DNA from: Verrucomicrobiales bacterium | Lineage (GTDB): Bacteria; Verrucomicrobiota; Verrucomicrobiia; Verrucomicrobiales; SLCJ01 | NCBI GenBank assembly: GCA_046075565.1 | Contig: JBJTQJ010000021.1 | Span: 36,875 to 100,874, forward strand | Direction of reading: 5' to 3' | Length of the DNA: 64,000 nucleotides | Shown here: in pieces, positions 1 through 9,573 of the stretch | Position numbering within the stretch: position 1 is the first letter of the stretch | How the letters are laid out: each line of letters starts with the position of its first letter | Made by a program: the position numbers and the translations under genes | Notes under the pieces: model-generated | The model's input: only the letters and a program-made list of their open reading frames with translations | What the model was told of the DNA's origin: nothing | Database searches by the model: none

Positions 1-1
1 G

Positions 2-754
2 GAACTTGTGCGCGCGGGCGGGGGTAGGCCGGACATCCTTTTTCTCGACGCATTTGTTTCGTCAGCGGATCGGGACGGCTTGGCAAGGCGGGCCGATGCC
101 GTTGTCTCCCTGCACCGTTCGGAAGGACTTGGCTTGACCCTCCTGGAGGCCATGGCTTTGGGCAAACCTTGTATCGCCACCGGCTATTCCGGCAATCTCG
201 CCTTTATGAATGAGGAAAATAGTTTTCTGGTGCGCTACCATCTCAAGGCGGTTGGGCCGGGCAGTATTCATTACCCGGTTGATGATTTTTGGGCCGAACC
301 TGATACCGCAGACGCGGCCGAGTTGATCCTCAAGGTTGCCCGCGAGCCGGAGCACGCCATGGCCGTAGGCTCGCGAGCCCGGGAGCAGGTGCGGGCGCGT
401 CATACCCACGCGGCGGTTGGGTTGGAATTGGCGCGGTCCCTCGCGGAGTTGTCGGCCAGCCCGACGCGCGTGAAAGATTATTCCAGTTTGATCTCAACGC
501 ACGCACGGGCCGGAAAGGTATTGTCCGACTTGGAGGCGGGGATCAAACAGAGACGTGCCCAAAGTAAATCCTCCCGCAATGGTTCCCCGAACTCCGGGAC
601 CATCGAAGATGTCTACTCGGAAATGCTCGAACTGGTGAAGGCGCAGCGGCTGATCCGCCAGTCCATCAAGGAAAAAGAAGATCAGCTAAACCAGCGCATC
701 GCTTATCTGGAGAAGATTATCCAGAGCCTCGTCAAGCAGCAGCAGGATGGTTGA
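2..754 (+). CDS. Glycosyltransferase family 4 protein, C-terminal part (5'-truncated by window), with coiled-coil tail
   Basis: GT-B motif SLHRSEGLGLTLLEAMALGKPCIATGYSGN; frame is open from the window start. Confidence 0.85.
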   Translation, partial: ELVRAGGGRPDILFLDAFVSSADRDGLARRADAVVSLHRSEGLGLTLLEAMALGKPCIATGYSGNLAFMNEENSFLVRYHLKAVGPGSIHYPVDDFWAEPDTADAAELILKVAREPEHAMAVGSRAREQVRARHTHAAVGLELARSLAELSASPTRVKDYSSLISTHARAGKVLSDLEAGIKQRRAQSKSSRNGSPNSGTIEDVYSEMLELVKAQRLIRQSIKEKEDQLNQRIAYLEKIIQSLVKQQQDG

Positions 755-759
755 ATGCG

Positions 760-1356
760 TCAAGTCCCGAGCGGCAGCCAATCCTGCGGTCGGTGGAAAT
801 CGGGTTGGCCGGGCGAGCCGGGCGAGGGTGCGGCAAAGGTGGCAAATTTCTGACGTGGGTCGTTGCCTAAGCAGAAGGTGGCATTACCTCGCCACTGCGC
901 TGGATCGGAGCCGATGGCTTCGGTCAGAGAGGCGAGGGGAATACGCAGGCGGGCTTCCCAATGGGCGATGCCTTCGAGGGCCTCGGTGGTCACGCCCGGC
1001 AAAGGAAAGTTTTCCACAAGCGCGCGCCCGCGCGGGGCTTCGAAGAGACACGACCACCAGGCTCCATTGGGCGCGAGATTGAATTCCATGTAGTGGCCGT
1101 TCTGTGGATTGGCTAGGAAAAGTTCCGCGCAATCGTGTTGCCAGAGTCCTTCGTGGAATTCCCCGGATGCTGAACCGATGAGCGACGATGGTGTTTTGCG
1201 GGCGGTGACGAGCAACTCGATGTATTCACCCGGTTCGATGACGATGCGGAAAGCGGGCTGCGCTTCTAGGGGTGCGCCGCTCCAGTCGGTGTGGATGGTA
1301 TTGAATCGCGGCCGTTCAGCCGGAGCCTGGACGGGCAAGTGGGACGGTTGGTCCAT
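760..1356 (-). CDS. Hypothetical protein, DOMON-like/CBM9-like domain
   Basis: EGLWQHDCAELFL...YMEFNLAPNGAWW...PDFH motifs; ATG at 1356 just downstream of proS. Confidence 0.6.
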   Translation of the reverse strand: MDQPSHLPVQAPAERPRFNTIHTDWSGAPLEAQPAFRIVIEPGEYIELLVTARKTPSSLIGSASGEFHEGLWQHDCAELFLANPQNGHYMEFNLAPNGAWWSCLFEAPRGRALVENFPLPGVTTEALEGIAHWEARLRIPLASLTEAIGSDPAQWRGNATFCLGNDPRQKFATFAAPSPGSPGQPDFHRPQDWLPLGT

Positions 1357-1384
1357 GGCGCGGGGGTTGGGTGTCGCCTTGTGA

Positions 1385-2920
1385 TTAATAGCTGCGGGCC
1401 CAGAGGGCGCGGCGGGTGGTCGACCGTCCGGTGAGGAGACATGGCGCTTCCGGCCACGAGCGCGGCGAGCCACCGGCTTCGTCGAAAGGCAAACACCGGA
1501 TGGTGATGCGGAGACGTTTGGCCATGGCCTCCTCCTCTTCGGTTGAACCATCCCACGGAACCACCATCCATTGACCGGGACCGGAGTCGGCGAAGTTCGC
1601 CTCGAAAGCGGCGAGATCGGCACACTCAACCATGTTCGCGTCGCGTAGGGCGGTCGCGCGCTCTAACAAACTCGCTTGCACCTCGGCCAGCAGTTCGGGC
1701 ACGGTGCGGAGGAAATCCTCGCGGCTGACGAATTCCTTCTGCGCCACCGCTTGGTCGCGGCGTTGCAGGCAGACCTTGCGGGTTTCCAGATCGCGCGGGC
1801 CGACTTCGATGCGGATGGGCACACCTTTCTTGATCCATTCCCATCTCTTCGTGCCTCCATTGAGGTCGCGTGTGTCGACATGGACGCGGATCGGTTCGCC
1901 GTCCCAGAGAATGCGGCGCAGGGTTTCGGCGAGGGCATGGCAGGAATCGATCACGGCCTGGCGTGTATCTTCCTTCGGCGTGACCGGCAGAATCACAATC
2001 TGGCTGGGCGCGACTTTCGGCGGGATGATCACACCATCATCATCACCGTGGGCCATGATGAGCGTGCCAATCATCCGGGTGGAGACACCCCATGAGGTCG
2101 TCCACGCATGCTGGCGGGTGTTGTCGCGTCCGACGAATGAGATATCCTGCGCCTTGGCGAAATTCTGGCCGAGGAAGTGGCTGGTGCCAGCCTGGATGGA
2201 CTTGCGATCCTGCACCATGGCTTCAACGGTCAGGGTCATGTCCGCGCCCGGGAATCGTTCGCTCTCGGTCTTTTCGCCGGCGATGACGGGAATGGCCAGC
2301 CAGTCGCGGAGGAATTCCGCATAGACTTTGTGCATTAGTTTTGTTTCGACAATCGCTTCCTCCGCCGTCTCGTGCGCCGTATGGCCTTCCTGCCAAAGGA
2401 ATTCGGCTGTGCGCAGGAACAAGCGCGGGCGCATCTCCCAGCGCATGACATTCGCCCACTGGTTGATGAGCAATGGCAAATCGCGGTAACTCTGCGTCCA
2501 GCGCGCGAAGGCAGCGCCGATCACCGTCTCCGAAGTCGGGCGGATGACAAACGGTTCGGTCAGTTCGCCCGTGGGCACGAGTTTGGTCGTGCCGTCCGGC
2601 TGCTTTTGTTTTTCCAAACGATGGTGCGTGACGACCGCACATTCGGTGGCAAAACCCTCCGCGTGTTCGGCTTCTTTTTCGAGATAGGACAACGGGATGA
2701 GCAACGGGAAATAGGCGTTCTGGTGGCCGGTCTCTTTGAAGCGGCGGTCGAGGGTCTTCTGGATCAATTCCCAGATGCCGTAGCCCCAGGGTTTGATGAC
2801 CATACATCCGCGGACCTCGGAGTTTTCGGCGAGATCGGCGGCGCGCACGACCTGCTGATACCATTCGGGGAAATCTTCGGCGCGGGTGGGAGAAATGGCG
2901 GTGGATGCGTTCGATGCCAT
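1385..2920 (-). CDS. proS: Proline--tRNA ligase (archaeal/eukaryotic type)
   Basis: DFPEWY, RPTSET, NQWANVMRWE, FLWQEGHT, QAGTSHFLGQNF, SWGVSTR and terminal ARSY. Confidence 0.97.
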   Translation of the reverse strand: MASNASTAISPTRAEDFPEWYQQVVRAADLAENSEVRGCMVIKPWGYGIWELIQKTLDRRFKETGHQNAYFPLLIPLSYLEKEAEHAEGFATECAVVTHHRLEKQKQPDGTTKLVPTGELTEPFVIRPTSETVIGAAFARWTQSYRDLPLLINQWANVMRWEMRPRLFLRTAEFLWQEGHTAHETAEEAIVETKLMHKVYAEFLRDWLAIPVIAGEKTESERFPGADMTLTVEAMVQDRKSIQAGTSHFLGQNFAKAQDISFVGRDNTRQHAWTTSWGVSTRMIGTLIMAHGDDDGVIIPPKVAPSQIVILPVTPKEDTRQAVIDSCHALAETLRRILWDGEPIRVHVDTRDLNGGTKRWEWIKKGVPIRIEVGPRDLETRKVCLQRRDQAVAQKEFVSREDFLRTVPELLAEVQASLLERATALRDANMVECADLAAFEANFADSGPGQWMVVPWDGSTEEEEAMAKRLRITIRCLPFDEAGGSPRSWPEAPCLLTGRSTTRRALWARSY

Positions 2921-3061
2921 GGGAAATTCGGGAAAGACCGGATCATCCGCTCGGTTGACCTTCGCGCCAAGGGATTTCTCTCTTTGTCAGCGGATAATGC
3001 GAAGAAAATTCGCGACCGGGAATGCCGCTTGAGGAGCGGGGAAATCCGCGCATGTTGATCC

Positions 3062-4117
3062 ATGGAGCCGTCGGCCCCCACCTTGCCTCCGCCGAAACGC
3101 CGACGCTTTTTCACTTGGCGGCGATGTGTGTTCGCTTTCCTCGCAGCTTTGCCTTGCCTCTGGCTGGGCGGAGTCGGGGTGCTCTCGGGTTGGCAACTGG
3201 CCCGTCCGCCCGGCCGGGAAGCCGGCGAACAACAGCGCCGCGAAATGGCCGATCCCACCCGAATCGGCTTGCGCGTGCAATCGGCCCGCACGGGCTCCGG
3301 CATTCCCTATTTTCTAGTCACTCCCGACCCGGTGGCAGGTCCGGGCGAACGCGGGGCCAAACTCCGCGCCGAACTCGCCGCCATGGGCGAGACCCTGCCC
3401 GCCTACGGGTTCACCGACGCCACCATGGTCCTCCTGCACGGTCGCAACTCCTCGAAAGATCGTCTTCTGGGCGTGGCCGAGCGCTTCGCTGCCTCGGGAT
3501 TTCGTTGTTTGATTCCCGATCTGCCCGGTCATGGGGAGTTAAAAGACCGGGGCTGCGGCTACGGAGCCGGTGCGGGCGAGGCGGGGCTGGCCCGTGAAGT
3601 CGCGGACGACGCCACCGCACGCTTCTCGTTGCCGACCGATCAACCCCGCCTGCTCTGGGGTTTTTCCATGGGTGGGTCGTTCGCCATTCATGCTGCCGCT
3701 GCCGAGCCGGCAGACTGGGCCGGGTTGGTGGTGGTGGCCAGTTTTGCCAGACTGGACGAGGTCGTGATCCCGCATCTGGCCCGATGGAGCGGCCCCGGTT
3801 TGAAGATTTCCCGTCGGGTGGCCGGTTGGGCTGCCAGCCAAGCGGGCGGACTCGAACCCTGGAAAGTGCGCCCCGCCACCGCCGCGGCGAAAACCACCAC
3901 ACCGACCCTCATCCTGCACGGCGACGAGGACCCATTTATCCCGGTTAGCCAAGGCCGCCGCCTTTTCGAATCCCTCGGTGCCCGCGATAAGAGCTGGGTT
4001 GAGGTCAAAGGTGCCAACCATTGGACCGTGCTGGGCACACCCCAGCCGGTTTACGCCGAAATGACCCGATGGGCCCGCCAGCATGCCCGAAGCTGGACGC
4101 CGCCCGAGACCAGTTGA
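3062..4117 (+). CDS. Alpha/beta fold hydrolase with N-terminal membrane anchor
   Basis: LLHG, DLPGHG, GFSMGG nucleophile elbow, HGDED, ANH. Confidence 0.85.
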   Translation: MEPSAPTLPPPKRRRFFTWRRCVFAFLAALPCLWLGGVGVLSGWQLARPPGREAGEQQRREMADPTRIGLRVQSARTGSGIPYFLVTPDPVAGPGERGAKLRAELAAMGETLPAYGFTDATMVLLHGRNSSKDRLLGVAERFAASGFRCLIPDLPGHGELKDRGCGYGAGAGEAGLAREVADDATARFSLPTDQPRLLWGFSMGGSFAIHAAAAEPADWAGLVVVASFARLDEVVIPHLARWSGPGLKISRRVAGWAASQAGGLEPWKVRPATAAAKTTTPTLILHGDEDPFIPVSQGRRLFESLGARDKSWVEVKGANHWTVLGTPQPVYAEMTRWARQHARSWTPPETS

Positions 4118-4283
4118 CCGGATTTGGGCGGCCGAAATCGTCGATGCGGGCGGAATTCCCGGTCTTTTGGAGAAAAATGACGGTTTTTTGAGATTTATCT
4201 TGCCTCACCACTGGAAAAAATCGCAAACGGGGATGTATTTCCCTGTCCCAACCAACCGAACACCTAACCAACCAACACGATCC

Positions 4284-5864
4284 ATGGATGCCACCGACAA
4301 AAGCAAACAGTTCCTCTTCTGGGGATGTTTCATCGCCCTCATCACCACCGCCTTCGCCTTTATCACGCGGGCCTTCCTTGTGAACGACCCCTCGCTCTGG
4401 CCGGCTGAACTCGGTCTGGATAAAGTCAAAGCTCAGGAACTCTTTGGCGCCGGGATTTGGCCGTTCGCCATCTCGATCATTCTTTTCAGTCTTTTCATCG
4501 ACAAGGTCGGCTACCGGGCTGCCATGTTCTTCAGCTTCATCTGTTACGCGATTTATGCCGTGCTTGCGCTTCAAGCTTATTCCGTCCTGCACCCGGGCGG
4601 AGCAACCCTCGATGGCGACGCCCTCACCGCCGCCCGCGCGAAAGCTTGGACCCTGCTTTACACCGGGTCCATCATCCTCGGTTTGGGCAACGGCACCGTT
4701 GAGGCTTTCATCAACCCAGTCGTCGCCACTCTCTTCAACCGCGATAAGACCAAATGGCTCAACATCCTCCACGCCGGATGGCCGGGCGGTCTCGTGCTCG
4801 GTGGCCTTCTCACCATGGCTCTCGGCTCACAAGTTGCCTCCGACTGGCGTGTGCTCGTTTACATCATTGCCATTCCCTCGGTCGTCTATCTGGTGATGCT
4901 TGCGAAAGCGAAATTCCCCGTCAACGAGCGCGTCGCGGCCGGCACTTCCTATCGCGAGATGCTCGGTGAATTCGGAGTGCTCGGCGCTGCCATCGCCAGC
5001 TTCCTCGTGGTCAAGCAGCTCGGCGGTGTCCTAGGTCTTTCCCCCGCCATCACCTGGACGCTCGTTGTCGCCTGTGTTGTTGCTTACGGCATTTACTGCA
5101 AATCGCTCGGACGCCCGCTCCTGTTCTTCCTCTGCATCATCATGATGCCCCTGGCCACCACCGAACTTGGAACCGACGGCGCCATCACTGGCATCATGGA
5201 AGAGCCGCTCAAACTGGCCGGCCACCACCCGCTCTGGGTGCTCATCTACACGTCCGCCATCATGATGGTCCTGCGTTTCTTCGCCGGTCCCATTGTGCAC
5301 AAGCTCACGCCCCTCGGCCTCCTAGCGGCCTGTGCCGCCCTCGCTTGTGTCGGCCTCTTCCTGCTCTCCAAGGCCACCGGACTGGTCATGATCTTCGCCG
5401 CAGCCACTCTCTATGGGGTGGCCAAGACATTCTTCTGGCCCACAACCCTCGGTGTTGTGGCGGAGCAAACCCCGAAGGGTGGTGCCCTTACCCTCAACGC
5501 CATCGCCGGCATCGGCATGCTCGCCGTGGGCGTGATTGGCGGACCACTCATCGGTCACATGCAGGAGAAGTCCGCTCAGACAGCCATCGAGAAAGAACTC
5601 CCCGCCGGCACCTACGCCAAGGTCTCTGCGGAGAGCAGCTACTTCCTCGGCAAATACCAAGCGGTTGATGAAGGAAAGGTGAAAGCCCTTCCGGAAGCCG
5701 AAGCGGCCAAAGTCGGCGAGGTTGCCAAACACGCCAAACAAGGCTCCCTGGCCAAAGTCATCGTTTTCCCCGCCTTCATGCTGGTGTGCTATCTGGTGCT
5801 GATCGTCTATTTCAAATCCCGCGGCGGTTACAAGGCGGTGCATATCGGCGAAGCCAACCACTGA
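4284..5864 (+). CDS. MFS transporter (probable sugar transporter)
   Basis: About 12 hydrophobic segments, DKVGYR loop, GNGTVEAFINP, LHAGWPGG; ATG at 4284. Confidence 0.85.
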   Translation: MDATDKSKQFLFWGCFIALITTAFAFITRAFLVNDPSLWPAELGLDKVKAQELFGAGIWPFAISIILFSLFIDKVGYRAAMFFSFICYAIYAVLALQAYSVLHPGGATLDGDALTAARAKAWTLLYTGSIILGLGNGTVEAFINPVVATLFNRDKTKWLNILHAGWPGGLVLGGLLTMALGSQVASDWRVLVYIIAIPSVVYLVMLAKAKFPVNERVAAGTSYREMLGEFGVLGAAIASFLVVKQLGGVLGLSPAITWTLVVACVVAYGIYCKSLGRPLLFFLCIIMMPLATTELGTDGAITGIMEEPLKLAGHHPLWVLIYTSAIMMVLRFFAGPIVHKLTPLGLLAACAALACVGLFLLSKATGLVMIFAAATLYGVAKTFFWPTTLGVVAEQTPKGGALTLNAIAGIGMLAVGVIGGPLIGHMQEKSAQTAIEKELPAGTYAKVSAESSYFLGKYQAVDEGKVKALPEAEAAKVGEVAKHAKQGSLAKVIVFPAFMLVCYLVLIVYFKSRGGYKAVHIGEANH

Positions 5865-5904
5865 TCCATCTCCCCCATTCCCCGAGATAGAGACATCCCG
5901 ACCC

Positions 5905-5940
5905 ACCCCGGGGGCCGATTCGGCCTCCGGGGTTTTTGCT
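5905..5940 (+). terminator. Rho-independent terminator after the MFS gene
   Basis: ACCCCGGGGGCCG-ATT-CGGCCTCCGGGGT hairpin followed by a T tract. Confidence 0.8.
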
Positions 5941-6020
5941 TTCCGGGTCGTTTGGAGCGAATCAATTTCGAGACCCGGCGGGAAAAATGCCAATTTAGCT
6001 CTCCAAGGCAGGTTCTGCAC

Positions 6021-6049
6021 TTGACACGGCGGGCGTAATCTGGTGCAAT
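6021..6049 (+). promoter_or_regulatory. sigma70-type promoter for the DUF1549/1553 gene
   Basis: TTGACA-17 nt-TGCAAT, ending 9 nt before ATG 6059. Confidence 0.55.
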
Positions 6050-6058
6050 CGTCCCACT

Positions 6059-7975
6059 ATGCCCCCATTTACCCGGATTCTTGCCGGAGCTTGCGCCGCG
6101 CTTCTCTGCGCGCACCCACTCCTGGCCCAGCAAAAAACCGCTCCCGACGCGGCGAAATTGCGCGCCTACGCCCTTGAGGTGGACAAACGGATCGCCGCCC
6201 ATTTCCAGAAGAACGGATTGGCCGTGCCCGCCGATGCCGACCCCGGCACCCTGCTCCGCCGCACCTATCTCGTGGCCGTTGGCCGTATCCCGACGCTGGA
6301 AGAAACCCGCTCCTATCTCGCGGATCCCGCGCCCGACAAACACGCGCTCCTCGTCGAGAGGCTCATGGCCTCGCCCGGTTACGCGAGCCACATGAGCAAC
6401 TGGCTTGGTGACCTCCTGCGCGTGAAGGACCAATTCACCAACAATGTCTCCGCCGCGCCCTATGTCCACTACCTGCGCGAGTCGGTGGCCTCGAATAAAT
6501 CTTGGGACCAACTCTCCACCGAATTGCTGACCGCCGCAGGCAACGGCTGGAATGGAGCCCCGCAAATCGGATACTTCGTGCGCGACAAGGGCATGCCCCT
6601 CGACAATGTCGCCAACACCATGCGCATCTTCCTCGGAACCCGCATGGAATGCGCCCAATGCCACGACCATCCCTTCGGCGATTGGGATCGGCGCGACTTC
6701 TACGAATTGGCGGCATTCTTCCATGGCATCGACGGCAAGAACGAATCCGTTCAACGCGCAGCTCAGCGCATCGCGCGCGGCGAAAGCGAAAAAGAAGGCC
6801 GACGTCCCAAACAGGAAGACCGACAACTCGCCGATCTGATCGACTTTCTCGGCGGGAATGCCCACTACTTCACCGTGGCCGGTGGAGGACGTGGCAACAT
6901 TCCCTTGCCCGCCGACTACCAATACCGCGATGGAAAACCGGGTGAAGTCGTCGCCGCGCGTGCACCTTACGGTCCCACCATGCGCATGTCTTCCCGCCGC
7001 GAGGGAGATGATGGCCGCCTGCGCTTCGTGAAATGGATGACCGATGCGGAGAACCCACAATTCTCGCAGATCATTGCCAACCGCATGTGGAAACGCAGCA
7101 TGGGCCGCGGTGTCTATGAACCGGTCGATGAATACGTTCCCGCCGCCGAAACCAGCGCCCCGGAACTGATGAAATACCTTGCTTCGCTCATGCGCGAACT
7201 CGGCCACGACCTACGCGCTTACCAACAGGTATTGCTACTCACTCGCACCTTCCGCTTTGACACCAGCCCGCAACAATCCGAAGCGAACACTCCCGCCTCA
7301 CTGGCCGGTCGCCAGATCAACCGCCTCGCCGCCGAACAAATCTGGGACTCCCTGCTCGTGCTCAAGGCCGGCGACCCCGACGCTCTTCCCGTCCGCTCTT
7401 TTGGCGACAGCGTCATCTATCGCGGAAGAGTTATCAAGGGCGGCGAACTGACCATGGGCAAACTCCAAACCGACCTTCTGGCGATAAAGGATCCCGCCGA
7501 CTACATCCGCTATGCCAAGGATCTGCTCGCCAATTCCACGGGTGCCAGTAAATCGGACATGATGATGATGTCGGGTGGCGTGAGTGGCGGCGTCAAAGGC
7601 CTCGCCCGCGCCTCCGAGTTGCCCATCCCGCCGCCCGGTGACCATTTCCTCCGCCGCTTCGGCGCTTCCGACCGCGAGGTCATTGAAGGCGGCACCAAGG
7701 AAGGCACCGTCCCGCAAGTGCTCGCACTGGTGAATGGAGAAGTGCAGAACCTTCTCGTGGAAAATGACAAGGCTGAAATCTTCCGCCACCTCGCCGCCGC
7801 ACCCGACGACGAAGCCCGCGTGCGCGTGCTCTTCCTCTCGACCCTTGCCCGTGAACCGGATCCCGGTGAAATGGATCTCATGCTTCTCCATGTCGCGGAA
7901 GCCGGACCCGACCGTGCGTGGCACAACCTGCTCGCCTCCCTTCTCTGCACACACGAGTTTCTCTTCCTGCGTTGA
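6059..7975 (+). CDS. DUF1549/DUF1553 (PSD1/PSCyt2) domain secreted protein
   Basis: Signal peptide, LLRRTYL..VGRIPT, FLGTRMECAQCHDHPF, NRMWKRSMGRG, AEQIWDSL, terminal EFLF. Confidence 0.9.
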   Translation: MPPFTRILAGACAALLCAHPLLAQQKTAPDAAKLRAYALEVDKRIAAHFQKNGLAVPADADPGTLLRRTYLVAVGRIPTLEETRSYLADPAPDKHALLVERLMASPGYASHMSNWLGDLLRVKDQFTNNVSAAPYVHYLRESVASNKSWDQLSTELLTAAGNGWNGAPQIGYFVRDKGMPLDNVANTMRIFLGTRMECAQCHDHPFGDWDRRDFYELAAFFHGIDGKNESVQRAAQRIARGESEKEGRRPKQEDRQLADLIDFLGGNAHYFTVAGGGRGNIPLPADYQYRDGKPGEVVAARAPYGPTMRMSSRREGDDGRLRFVKWMTDAENPQFSQIIANRMWKRSMGRGVYEPVDEYVPAAETSAPELMKYLASLMRELGHDLRAYQQVLLLTRTFRFDTSPQQSEANTPASLAGRQINRLAAEQIWDSLLVLKAGDPDALPVRSFGDSVIYRGRVIKGGELTMGKLQTDLLAIKDPADYIRYAKDLLANSTGASKSDMMMMSGGVSGGVKGLARASELPIPPPGDHFLRRFGASDREVIEGGTKEGTVPQVLALVNGEVQNLLVENDKAEIFRHLAAAPDDEARVRVLFLSTLAREPDPGEMDLMLLHVAEAGPDRAWHNLLASLLCTHEFLFLR

Positions 7976-8019
7976 AACTGCTAACACAATCCAGCCACTC
8001 AGCCTTGATAGGAAAATGA

Positions 8020-8161
8020 AACCACGAATGGACACGAATGGGCACGAATTTTTAGGGAATCTAGATTGTTCTCCGCTCCCTCCGTTGCGTGAGCGCCGCT
8101 CATTGCATGACTTTCTGATGTTGAATCTTTCATTCGTGTCACTTCGTGTCCATTCGTGGTT
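8020..8161. repeat. 10-nt-periodic inverted repeat element (CACGAAT family), MITE/REP-like
   Basis: Left arm AACCACGAATGGACACGAATGGGCACGAAT (8020-8049); right arm 8132-8161 is its reverse complement at 27/30 positions. Confidence 0.85.
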
Positions 8162-8187
8162 GTTAAGCTAAATCCCCCCCTCCCATT

Positions 8188-9504
8188 ATGTCTCTCGAAT
8201 CCGATCTCCGTCGCCAGGACGACTTCACCCGCCGGCAGTTCATCACGCGGGCGGCGCGTTCTTACCTAGGCGTCACGCTCCTGCCGCTCGTCTATCGTTC
8301 GCTCGCTTCGCCCGGTTGGGGCGCGCCCGGAGCAAAGGTCCCCGGCGGCAAAGCCGAACATGTCATCTTCCTTAACATGAACGGCGGCATGAGCCACCTC
8401 GATACCTTCGACCCGAAACCCCGCCGCAGCGAAGTGCAAGGGCCGGTCAAGGTGCTCGATTCGAAAGCCCCCGGCGTCCAGGTCAGCGAATACCTGCCGC
8501 AAACCGCCACCGTCATGGACAAGGTCTGTGTCATCAATTCGATGACCTCGATCAATGGTGCACACGAGCGCGGCCAGTATGTCATGCATACGAGTTACGC
8601 GCCCTTGGGTACCATCGTCCACCCTGCCATCGGTTCGTGGGTTGTGCGGTTGGCCGATCGCCGCAATCAGAATCTGCCCGGTTTTGTTACCATCGGCACC
8701 GGCCCGGAAGTCGGCTCTGGCGGTTGGATGGGCTCGAAATATTCCGCGGTGCCCGTGCTCGATCCCGACCAAGGTCTCGCCAATAGCAAACGCCCCGCCG
8801 CTGTCAGCGCGAACGAATTCCGCGACCGCCTCGTCATGGCCGACGAACTGAACAAACGCTTCCACAAACAATACCGGCACGGCGATGTGAAAGGCTACGA
8901 AGATCTCTATGCCGAAGCCACCCGCCTCATGACCTCGGAGGATCTTGCCGCCTTCGATCTCTCGAAGGAGAAAGAGACGACACGCGAAGCCTACGGCAAA
9001 AGCCGCTTCGGTCAGGGTTGTTTGCTCGCGCGCCGCCTCGTGGAAAAAGGCGTGCGTTTTGTCGAAGTCACCCTCGGCGGGTGGGACACCCACTACGACA
9101 ACTTCACCGCCGTCAAAGCCCGCTGCGACGACTTCGACCGCGCCTACGCCAGCTTGCTCAAGGAACTCTCCGACCGCAACCTGCTCGATTCGACGCTGGT
9201 TGTCGTTGGCACCGAGTTCGGACGTACCCCCACCATCCAGGTCGAACACAACGATGGTCGCGACCACCATCCTTCCGCTTTCACCTGCCTCATGGCCGGC
9301 GGCGGCGTGACCGGCGGGCAAAAATACGGGGAAACCGACACCCGCGGCGAACGGGTAAAAGACAAACCCGTCAGCTTGGAGGACTTCAACGCCACCATCG
9401 CCTACGCACTTCGTCTTCCGCACGAAGAAGTGCACATGTCACCGAGCGGCCGACCCTTTACGATGGCCAACAAAGGAAAACCCGTGACGGGTATTTTCGG
9501 ATAA
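8188..9504 (+). CDS. DUF1501 domain protein (Tat-exported, alkaline phosphatase/sulfatase-like)
   Basis: TRRQFI Tat motif, GGMSHLDTFDPKP, LLARRLVEKGVRFVEV, GWDTH, TEFGRTP, GRDHH. Confidence 0.92.
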   Translation: MSLESDLRRQDDFTRRQFITRAARSYLGVTLLPLVYRSLASPGWGAPGAKVPGGKAEHVIFLNMNGGMSHLDTFDPKPRRSEVQGPVKVLDSKAPGVQVSEYLPQTATVMDKVCVINSMTSINGAHERGQYVMHTSYAPLGTIVHPAIGSWVVRLADRRNQNLPGFVTIGTGPEVGSGGWMGSKYSAVPVLDPDQGLANSKRPAAVSANEFRDRLVMADELNKRFHKQYRHGDVKGYEDLYAEATRLMTSEDLAAFDLSKEKETTREAYGKSRFGQGCLLARRLVEKGVRFVEVTLGGWDTHYDNFTAVKARCDDFDRAYASLLKELSDRNLLDSTLVVVGTEFGRTPTIQVEHNDGRDHHPSAFTCLMAGGGVTGGQKYGETDTRGERVKDKPVSLEDFNATIAYALRLPHEEVHMSPSGRPFTMANKGKPVTGIFG

Positions 9505-9573
9505 GCTCAAAGGGATCTTGCCTGCGCGGCAAGCCGCCTCCCGCGGCCTTCCAGAGTCCGTGGGCCCATGCTC

